Virus record (IMG/VR): IMGVR_UViG_3300021962_000588
Coordinates: 1 to 25,528 of that record
DNA: 25,528 bases
Source of the DNA: a virus
Lineage: Duplodnaviria > Caudoviricetes
Reading direction: 5' to 3' (one strand)
Under the pieces are notes generated by a model that saw only the letters and a list, made by a program, of their open reading frames with translations, had not been told where the DNA came from and searched no databases. Made by a program: the position numbers and the translations under genes. Position 1 is the first letter of the stretch. The number at the start of each line of letters is the position of its first letter. This document shows positions 8,899 to 15,572 of the stretch, one piece after another.

Positions 8899-9394
8899 TC
8901 AAATCAAGATACTTCTTCAGTGTTTCAACGGTAATATTGGCATCAGTGTGTAGAATACCAACACCTCCCGCTGCATTCCATTCTTCGATAACAATTGGTG
9001 TATCATCGATTAAGATAGAATTGGGGGTTGCATACTGCTGCTTCAGATGTTTTCCTGGTACAAAGATTTTAGGCCAGTGAATATCAGCGACCTTAACCAG
9101 CCATTGCATTTTTTGTACTGAAACTTGAACGTTGATCTCTGGTCGAGCAGTTGATGAGAGAATACATTTTTGAATCTCTAAAGATTCGAGAAATGGTACT
9201 AAAATATCAAACCCAGGCATTTTCTCTAGTGTTGCAAAGTGCCCTGCATCTACAATTTTCTGAAAGTTAGTACCGAAACCTTTCTCTGTACGATAATCTG
9301 ATGGCAGTTTGCCTGTGACTTCTTTGAATCTTTTTTCAAAGTTTGCAATCACACCATCCATATCAACATAGATTTTAGTTATGCTGGTTGACAT
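8894..9394 (-). CDS. HAD-family 5'(3')-deoxyribonucleotidase-like protein
   Basis: IYVDMDGVIANF, ILSS, ILIDD, W.AAGG.GILH. Confidence 0.85.
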   Translation of the reverse strand: MSTSITKIYVDMDGVIANFEKRFKEVTGKLPSDYRTEKGFGTNFQKIVDAGHFATLEKMPGFDILVPFLESLEIQKCILSSTARPEINVQVSVQKMQWLVKVADIHWPKIFVPGKHLKQQYATPNSILIDDTPIVIEEWNAAGGVGILHTDANITVETLKKYLDLN

Positions 9395-9984
9395 ATTTTT
9401 CCTTTAAGTATTTCTTTGAACTTAACTTTATCGTAGTTTAAAAATGGTTTATATTTTTCACATCGAGTTAAAAAGCCAGGGAAAACAATATCATCTGAAA
9501 TTTTTCTTTTCCACATTGGAAAGAAATTCAAGATATCATTTAATATAATGATTGTTTCAATTGATATTTTTCCCTGTAGATGTTCATTATACAGCAAAGG
9601 ATATTGCCCGTCAACCACCTTTAACATTTCTTCCGGTATTTCTACCAAATCAAACATACGATCTATATCTTGTTTAAAAACGTATGTTAAAGACTGTTGT
9701 GTTTTTAACCATTTCTTATAAAGTTGATCTGCATCATCTTGTAAGAGATCCCCCACCCAAGTAGCAGAATTGTATAAAAAATTGGCAACAAAAAATCCAA
9801 TTAGTTCTTCTCTATTATATTTTCTGGACAACTTATAGAAACTATATTTGTCCTTTCTATTCATAAATTGGTCTTTTGTTGTGTTTGTTTTACCATTGTA
9901 TTTCACATAATCATACTTACCAGTAAAGTGTAACTTTAAAGCATGATATGTTGTAAATGCTTCATAGCCACCAATTTCATTCAT
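9379..9984 (-). CDS. gp59: Helicase loader (gp59)
   Basis: Y.ALKLHFT..YDY.KY.GK, F..RKDKY.F.KL, FFVANF, ISIET, KYKPFL. Confidence 0.92.
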   Translation of the reverse strand: MNEIGGYEAFTTYHALKLHFTGKYDYVKYNGKTNTTKDQFMNRKDKYSFYKLSRKYNREELIGFFVANFLYNSATWVGDLLQDDADQLYKKWLKTQQSLTYVFKQDIDRMFDLVEIPEEMLKVVDGQYPLLYNEHLQGKISIETIIILNDILNFFPMWKRKISDDIVFPGFLTRCEKYKPFLNYDKVKFKEILKGKICQPA

Positions 9985-10202
9985 ATCGGCAATTTGTTAA
10001 CTTTCTTCATCATGTTGAGAGATTGTGCTTCGTCACCAATTTTAGATTTGATTGGTGCAGTCAAAAGAGAAGCCGCTAGTTCAACTTCAAAACCTGTGGC
10101 TTCGCAGTGATGAACAACGGCTTCCATGTAACTGAGTTTCTTACTTTCAACTAGGTTCTGTATGAGTTCAGAAAACTTTCTTTGTTCTTCTTTTGTTGGC
10201 AT
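9981..10202 (-). CDS. gp33: Late transcription coactivator (gp33)
   Basis: FS..I...V....SYMEAV..C......E.AA.LL...IK.KI..EA..LN; gp33-gp59-gp32 synteny. Start moved to the ATG at 10202, which has a GAGGA SD. Confidence 0.88.
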   Translation of the reverse strand: MPTKEEQRKFSELIQNLVESKKLSYMEAVVHHCEATGFEVELAASLLTAPIKSKIGDEAQSLNMMKKVNKLPI

Positions 10203-10209
10203 ATAATCC

Positions 10210-10554
10210 TCATTTAAACAGTATGAGTGCCATGAATACGGCATTGACAATAAATCCGACACCAATCGTCAGAATGACTACAGTGTCTTTCAATATTGCT
10301 GCACGTAGAAAGAAAGTAACCAGAGCTGCCCACATAAAAAGTACCAAGTCAATTGGAGGCATCTTATCAGTAATCCCTGCCATGACAGCCAAGAATGTAG
10401 GAATCAAAGATGCAAGTAACAGAATCAGCCCTAGCCATCCAATAGATTCGGCTGTGCTTGGTTTAAGCTTGTGTTGCAAAAAGTTTCGAATTGAGTCCTT
10501 TAGATTGGAGAATTTCGTCAACCAATCAACCTTTGTAGAAGATGTGTTTTCCAA
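10210..10554 (-). CDS. Small multi-pass membrane protein (about 3 TM); start uncertain (TTG 10554 or ATG 10602)
   Basis: Three hydrophobic segments in the C-terminal ~80 aa; the stop abuts the gp33 SD. The longer ORF-track start overlaps the hydrolase by 200 nt. Confidence 0.65.
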   Translation of the reverse strand: MENTSSTKVDWLTKFSNLKDSIRNFLQHKLKPSTAESIGWLGLILLLASLIPTFLAVMAGITDKMPPIDLVLFMWAALVTFFLRAAILKDTVVILTIGVGFIVNAVFMALILFK

Positions 10555-11059
10555 TTTTGGCGACTCGCTGTTTTTTCCATCGGGGGTTGATGTAGTCTGC
10601 ATGATAGTAAAGTGTGTCCTCTTTGATAATGTCGAGTTTGAATCCTTCGAGAAGTACCTTTTTAGCCACAGCCTCGGATTCCTTATAGGTTGCAGCATGT
10701 ATTGGTTTGACTTTTGCTTGAGCATCGCAGTACCAGCTAAATTGACAGATTAGATTATTGTACACTAAATTTCTTTCGTACACAACTGCACAGATATCTT
10801 TTGGAAATTTTCCTGACTTTGTTCTGTTAATTGTAACTTGTGCAACGGCAACCTTTCCTTCAAAAGGTTCTGTTCCTGCTTCATAATAAATGTTTTTCGC
10901 TAGACAGTCTAGTTCTTTTTCACGTTGTGCCATCGTTACAAACTCGGGATGGCGACCTTCTCTTACCTCTTCAAACTTTTTCTCAACTAAGAAATTAAAA
11001 TGTTGTGTGAAAAAGTAACCAAGAATGCCTATGAAAACCAGTTTCATAAAATGCATCAT
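10526..11059 (-). CDS. Cell wall hydrolase, SleB/CwlJ (Hydrolase_2) family
   Basis: CLAKNIYYEA..E...GKVAVAQV..NR, IC.VVY, CQFSW, YYHADY..P.W, IG.HIFY; N-terminal hydrophobic anchor; AAGGAG SD. Confidence 0.92.
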   Translation of the reverse strand: MMHFMKLVFIGILGYFFTQHFNFLVEKKFEEVREGRHPEFVTMAQREKELDCLAKNIYYEAGTEPFEGKVAVAQVTINRTKSGKFPKDICAVVYERNLVYNNLICQFSWYCDAQAKVKPIHAATYKESEAVAKKVLLEGFKLDIIKEDTLYYHADYINPRWKKQRVAKIGKHIFYKG

Positions 11060-11081
11060 TGATTCTCTCCTTTGGGGAAGA

Positions 11082-11115
11082 GTGGGTTATCGAGGAAACC
11101 CACCGAAACCTTTTT
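11082..11115 (-). promoter_or_regulatory. Intergenic RNA structure (hairpin / putative H-type pseudoknot), copy 1
   Basis: AAAAAGGTTTCGGTGGGTTTCCTCGATAACCCAC: GTGGGTT pairs with AACCCAC and AGG with CCT. Confidence 0.5.
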
Positions 11116-11119
11116 GACT

Positions 11120-11557
11120 TTAGAAGGTGCTTTTAAGCCCGAAAGTCACAAGAGAGCCCTCGTAACTGGTACTCTTTTTGAGATCCCAACGATAGCTATA
11201 ATCGGCAGTAACAGAGACACTTTTACTAAGAGCATAAGAAACTTCAAGCCCAGCAGAACCAACACCACCATCTTCAAGTTTGGTAGAATCAGCTTTGATA
11301 TAACTGAGTGAAGTATAAGGAAGAACACCAAGCCCGAAAACATTGAGAGATTTTCCTACACTTACACCAACACTGTGATAAGTATCTTGAACTCGCCCAA
11401 CATCAACAGAAGCTTTCAAACCCATAACATCGGTTCCAACAGAAAGAACTGTCAAATCCTTGTTAAATTTCCTGTCTGTACCTACTGATAGCCCAACGTC
11501 TGCTGCTTGTGCTGCAAATGCGGAAGCCATCAAAACACTAAAAACAACTTTCTTCAT
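11120..11557 (-). CDS. Outer-membrane beta-barrel protein (small, OmpA-TM/Ail-like)
   Basis: Sec signal peptide MKKVVFSVLMASAFAAQA, alternating amphipathic strands, C-terminal Phe. Start moved to 11557, which has an AAGGAG SD. Confidence 0.8.
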   Translation of the reverse strand: MKKVVFSVLMASAFAAQAADVGLSVGTDRKFNKDLTVLSVGTDVMGLKASVDVGRVQDTYHSVGVSVGKSLNVFGLGVLPYTSLSYIKADSTKLEDGGVGSAGLEVSYALSKSVSVTADYSYRWDLKKSTSYEGSLVTFGLKSTF

Positions 11558-11584
11558 TATAAATCTCCTTTTTCTAAGAAAGAA

Positions 11585-11620
11585 GGATTTTTTTAAAAGG
11601 AAATCCAATTAAAACCTTTT
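11585..11620 (-). promoter_or_regulatory. Intergenic RNA structure (putative H-type pseudoknot), copy 2
   Basis: AAAAGG-TTTTAATT-GGATTT-CCTTTT-AAAA-AAATCC: interleaved stems AAAAGG/CCTTTT and GGATTT/AAATCC. Confidence 0.55.
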
Positions 11621-11628
11621 ACGATTTA

Positions 11629-11862
11629 TTACCTTTCGCTGATAAACTTATTCAGTTCTTTAGCTTTTGCAATAATCGCAGTAGAATTGGGATATTCTGG
11701 GAATCCAGGGTGTTCTGGTGGTGTCTGCCCTGCCCTTTCGGCGGTCTGAACTTTGATAGTCCAATCACTCGAAATCTTTTCACGTTCACCAAAATAATCT
11801 TGTTCCAACATCTCTCTAGCCATTTTCAAAAGTTCAAGTCTCAAATGGTATGGATCACTCAT
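11629..11862 (-). CDS. Hypothetical phage protein
   Basis: 77-aa ORF with AAGGAG SD; PY.LRLELLKMA and YP....II.KA..LN.FIS look like conserved blocks. Confidence 0.8.
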   Translation of the reverse strand: MSDPYHLRLELLKMAREMLEQDYFGEREKISSDWTIKVQTAERAGQTPPEHPGFPEYPNSTAIIAKAKELNKFISER

Positions 11863-11877
11863 GTTAATCTCCTTTAA

Positions 11878-11894
11878 TGTGTGTGAGTGTGTGT
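11878..11894 (-). repeat. CA-dinucleotide tract in a 5' UTR
   Basis: ACACACACTCACACACA immediately upstream of the SD of 11629..11862. Confidence 0.7.
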
Positions 11895-11898
11895 AAAA

Positions 11899-12240
11899 TG
11901 TCAGTTGATTCTGTTGCCAAGTTCAACTGACAAAACTCCGTCCTAGTTTAAGCTGCTAGGGCAAAACGCTCATCATTGCTTGCGTTTACTTCGTTTGCTT
12001 CTTCGGCCGGGAAGTCCCAACCCTAACGGCTTTCACATTGCCGGATCGTCCATGTCTCTACTTATTGCCCTGTCGAAACCTGGTCAGGCCCATCAGAAGC
12101 ATACTACCCACACTCACTTACGATTAGCGTAACCAGCGGTAGTTAGAAATCTGCTCATGTATTTCTATAGTATGCTTCTGGTGGACCTGGGCGGAATCGA
12201 ACCGCCGTCCAGAACACCTTTCGATCTACTTCATACGATC
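11899..12240 (-). ncRNA. ssrA: Circularly permuted (two-piece) tmRNA gene: acceptor piece ~12240-12179, intervening segment 12178-12092, coding piece 12091-~11899
   Basis: T-arm GGCGG-TTCGATT-CCGCC and CAGGTCC-ACCA precede the 5' end GGGCCTGACCAGGTTTCGACAG. The 7-bp acceptor stem has G3:U70. CAGGGCA/TGTTCTG and ACGATC/GATCGT pair the two pieces. Tag frame 11983-11948 reads ASNDERFALAA*. Confidence 0.93.
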
Positions 12241-12541
12241 ATAACTTTTTAGGTTCATATCCAATACTCAGTATACAAGAAATGTCACCACTTTTTGTAG
12301 TTTTAAATAGAGTATATGAACCAGTGTCTTCATTTTTCCACAACGAAATTATTGAACCATTTTCTTCCGTTGCAATAAAAGACTGTCTCTCTTTATATTC
12401 CTCCATGACCTTCATCACTTTAGAGGTTCTATCACATAGAACACTCAAAGGATATGTAAATGCTGTTGATGGAACATTTGTTTGCGACAATGCCATCATT
12501 GGAAGAAATATGGATGCCGCAACTAATGTTTTCATTTTCAT
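12239..12541 (-). CDS. Hypothetical exported protein
   Basis: Signal-peptide-like N-terminus, two Cys; directly follows a sigma70 promoter. Confidence 0.75.
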   Translation of the reverse strand: MKMKTLVAASIFLPMMALSQTNVPSTAFTYPLSVLCDRTSKVMKVMEEYKERQSFIATEENGSIISLWKNEDTGSYTLFKTTKSGDISCILSIGYEPKKL

Positions 12542-12548
12542 TCCTTGT

Positions 12549-12576
12549 ATTATACATCATTTTAGAAATTTGTCAA
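12549..12576 (-). promoter_or_regulatory. Sigma70-type promoter
   Basis: TTGACA-16 nt-TATAAT, both hexamers perfect; reads toward 12239..12541 and the tmRNA. Confidence 0.8.
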
Positions 12577-12578
12577 TA

Positions 12579-12989
12579 CTAAGACCAGGTAAATTTTGGA
12601 TATTTTGCTTTAACGGCTAAACAATCGTCTAAATATTTTTGCCTTTGTTCTTCATCACCTTTCACAATGGCATCCAAATAATCTGCCATTGGCGGATATG
12701 ACTCTGCTCTTAACGTATCAATAACACGATGAATTATTTCTTCTGTAATTCTTAAACCCCAACTTTGTCGGAAAATAAAATCATAACCTTCTGGAACAGA
12801 ATTTTGTTTAGTAAATTCTGTTACAACGTTATTGGATAACAAAAGAAAGCCAGAGCAATCTGGTTTTTGTCCAATCATAATGACTTCAAGATCGTTATAT
12901 TTTGGTGCCCTATTTTCCGATTCAATAGAGCTTAGCCTTCCAAAAACCGTTTGCATATCTTTTGATTCTACTGAACAAAGGTAAAACAT
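12579..12989 (-). CDS. Hypothetical protein, possible fibre-associated or assembly protein
   Basis: The C-terminal R..SYP...DYLD.....C.AVKAKYPK pattern recalls small phage tail-fibre-linked proteins. Coupled to the upstream gene (TAATG). Confidence 0.6.
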   Translation of the reverse strand: MFYLCSVESKDMQTVFGRLSSIESENRAPKYNDLEVIMIGQKPDCSGFLLLSNNVVTEFTKQNSVPEGYDFIFRQSWGLRITEEIIHRVIDTLRAESYPPMADYLDAIVKGDEEQRQKYLDDCLAVKAKYPKFTWS

Positions 12990-13648
12990 TATTTTTCCTC
13001 CAAAATACCTACTTTAACTTGGTTGTTTTCTAATTGCACAGTTGATGGCGCAGGCCGCAATTCAATACGAAGAGGATCCACATTACCCTCAAGTAACATT
13101 GCTTCTTTTGGAATTAATCCAATTTGCTGTAAAGCTGCAAACGTATATGGGTTTGACATTGCATTTTTTAATTTTGCAGGTGAAGGCCTTCCGTTTGCAA
13201 TAATTTCTGCTTGTATTTCTTTACCGATCATAACAGTAAATTCATTTGCTGCGTTTGCTTCAAACATTTCCTCATCAGTGTAAGGTGTTCCATCAGCATG
13301 TTTTAATCTGGTTGGTTCTGCCAAAACAAAAAGTTCATCCAAAAGTTTTTCAAGAATTTTAATTTCTTGTTTATTCAATTCAAAGTTTTGTCTTTGATCT
13401 TCTTGAACAGATTCAATTTCAATAATTTCAGCTTGAAGGTTTAAAATTAAATGTGGAAGCCCATTATTATTTTTTAAATGTTGCAATTCAGCCAACTTAG
13501 CTTGATACTTTAGTTCAGAAACTTGCTCAAGTGCTGCTGCACGTTTACGCCCAACTAAAAAATTTTGAAGATGTTTAATTTTTTCCCATACTGTATCGCC
13601 CATCACCTGATAACGATAATTAAACTCAGAATTCAATTTTGCTGCCAT
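12989..13648 (-). CDS. Hypothetical coiled-coil protein
   Basis: 219-aa ORF with AGGAG SD and a heptad-rich Leu/Glu/Gln centre. Confidence 0.8.
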   Translation of the reverse strand: MAAKLNSEFNYRYQVMGDTVWEKIKHLQNFLVGRKRAAALEQVSELKYQAKLAELQHLKNNNGLPHLILNLQAEIIEIESVQEDQRQNFELNKQEIKILEKLLDELFVLAEPTRLKHADGTPYTDEEMFEANAANEFTVMIGKEIQAEIIANGRPSPAKLKNAMSNPYTFAALQQIGLIPKEAMLLEGNVDPLRIELRPAPSTVQLENNQVKVGILEEK

Positions 13649-13679
13649 TTTAAAGAATCTCCTAAAAACAAAAAAATAT

Positions 13680-14618
13680 TTATGAACCGTAACTTGCTGC
13701 GGCTAGATAGTATCTAAATGTTCCAACATTACTATTATCTGTTGCAACAACACCAGTGTTGGAAACTAAATTAGTATATGTATTATTTGGTATTGCAAGC
13801 CCAAATCCGAATATAGCTTTATCACCACCATATCCTGCTGCGGCTAATCCATATCTGGTAGTACCTACACCAGTCGTATCTGTTTGAACCACACCAGTAT
13901 TAGAGACAAGATTAGTCATGGACACTGCTGTAGTAGTTCTTCCATATCCAAATATAGCTTTATCACCACCATATCCTGCTGCTGCCAATTCCTTTCTAGC
14001 AGTTCCAACACCTGTTGTGTCAGTTGCAACGACACCAGAATTAGAAACTAGATTGGTCATAGATAAATTACCAGAACCATTACTACCATATCCAAATATA
14101 GCTTTATCACCACCATATCCTGCTGCTGCCAAATCCATTCTAGCAGTACCAACACCAGTCGTATAAGCAGCAACAACACCAAGGTTGGAAACAAGATTTG
14201 TTAACGATGCATATGAAGCTCCCGTATATCCATATCCAAATATAGCTTTATCACCACCATATCCTGCTGCGGCTAACCCTGATCTTTCAATAGCATCAAC
14301 AACACCAGAGGTGTCCGTAGCAACAACACCAAGGTTGGAAACAAGATTCGTAATTGATGTCCGACTTGAACTAGTGAACCCAAATCCAAATATGGCCCTA
14401 TCACCACCATATCCTGCTGCGGCTAATGCATATCTGGTAGTACCTACTCCACTTATATCTGTTCCGAGAACTCCGGTAGACGAAACAATATTAGTCGTAG
14501 AATAAAGGGTAGCAGAATTGAGACCATATCCAAAAATAGCTCTCTGTGAAACACGTGCAGATGTTCTCACTGTACCATCGTTAAATTGTAATCCTGAAGT
14601 AGTTAATGTTGTTGGCAT
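13680..14618 (-). CDS. Six-repeat protein (Kelch-like beta-propeller), paralog 3
   Basis: Six ~48-aa units AIFG(Y/F)G...TNLVSN.GVVATDTTGVGTAR..LAAAGYGGDK. Confidence 0.8.
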   Translation of the reverse strand: MPTTLTTSGLQFNDGTVRTSARVSQRAIFGYGLNSATLYSTTNIVSSTGVLGTDISGVGTTRYALAAAGYGGDRAIFGFGFTSSSRTSITNLVSNLGVVATDTSGVVDAIERSGLAAAGYGGDKAIFGYGYTGASYASLTNLVSNLGVVAAYTTGVGTARMDLAAAGYGGDKAIFGYGSNGSGNLSMTNLVSNSGVVATDTTGVGTARKELAAAGYGGDKAIFGYGRTTTAVSMTNLVSNTGVVQTDTTGVGTTRYGLAAAGYGGDKAIFGFGLAIPNNTYTNLVSNTGVVATDNSNVGTFRYYLAAASYGS

Positions 14619-14634
14619 TTAATGTTCTCTTTTT

Positions 14635-15561
14635 TTAACCACTAAAACTTGCTGCTGCTAATGATGATCTGATTGTACCAACACCTGTTCTATTTGTAGC
14701 AACGACTCCCAAATTTGAAACTAGGTTAGTCGTTGAAGTATAGCCAATTGATATATCTCCATATCCGAATATAGCTTTATCGCCACCATACCCTGCTGCG
14801 GCTAAACTATACCTTTCAACTCCTACTCCAGTGGTATCGGTTGCAACAACACCGGCATTGGAAACAAGATTAGTCATAGAAACACTTACCAGACCGGCGG
14901 CCAAACCATAACCAAATATAGCTTTATCGCCACCATATCCTGCTGCGGCTAATAATCGTCTAGCTGTACCGACACCGGTGGTATCGGTTGAAACGACGCC
15001 TAGATTTGATACAAGATTGGTTAATGAGGAAACTGAAGAACCAGTGTAACCATATCCAAATATAGCTTTATCGCCACCATATCCTGCTGCCGCCAAAGAT
15101 TCTCTAGCTGTACCGACACCGGTGGTATCGGTTGCAACAACACCAGCATTTGATACAAGGTTTGTCATAGAAACCTGAACAGACGTATATCCATATCCAA
15201 ATATAGCTTTATCGCCACCATATCCTGCTGCCGCCAAAAGTTCTCTAGCTGTACCGACACCGGTGGTATCGGTTGAAACGACGCCTAGATTTGATACAAG
15301 ATTGGTTAATGAGGTAGTTTTACCATAACCAAATATAGCTTTATCACCACCATATCCTGCCGCCGCTAAATTTCTTCTAGCTGTACCGACACCCGTGGTA
15401 TCAGTGGCAACATTTCCAAAATTACTAACAAGATTGGTCATAGACAAACTGCTGACGCTGAGTTGGCCATATCCAAATATTGCTCTAATTCCTGTGCGAG
15501 CAGTAGTTATTTCTGTTGTATCATTAAAAGCAAAGCTTGTATTTTTTAATATTGTGGGCAT
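14635..15561 (-). CDS. Six-repeat protein (Kelch-like beta-propeller), paralog 2
   Basis: Same unit six times, with internal near-identical DNA duplications. Confidence 0.8.
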   Translation of the reverse strand: MPTILKNTSFAFNDTTEITTARTGIRAIFGYGQLSVSSLSMTNLVSNFGNVATDTTGVGTARRNLAAAGYGGDKAIFGYGKTTSLTNLVSNLGVVSTDTTGVGTARELLAAAGYGGDKAIFGYGYTSVQVSMTNLVSNAGVVATDTTGVGTARESLAAAGYGGDKAIFGYGYTGSSVSSLTNLVSNLGVVSTDTTGVGTARRLLAAAGYGGDKAIFGYGLAAGLVSVSMTNLVSNAGVVATDTTGVGVERYSLAAAGYGGDKAIFGYGDISIGYTSTTNLVSNLGVVATNRTGVGTIRSSLAAASFSG

Positions 15562-15572
15562 TTTTTGTCTTT

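Noticed and set aside
10193-10753. 186-aa + strand ORF
   Set aside because: Antisense shadow of the membrane protein and hydrolase genes, with no recognisable motif.
11585-11620. preQ1-I riboswitch
   Set aside because: Similar size and A-tract, but the loop lacks the conserved ligand-pairing C pattern and the downstream gene is unrelated to queuosine. Kept as an unknown pseudoknot.
12179-12215. Stand-alone tRNA or an attP fragment of ssrA
   Set aside because: There is no anticodon arm, it pairs with the downstream tmRNA 5' piece through a long closing helix, and no integrase is nearby.
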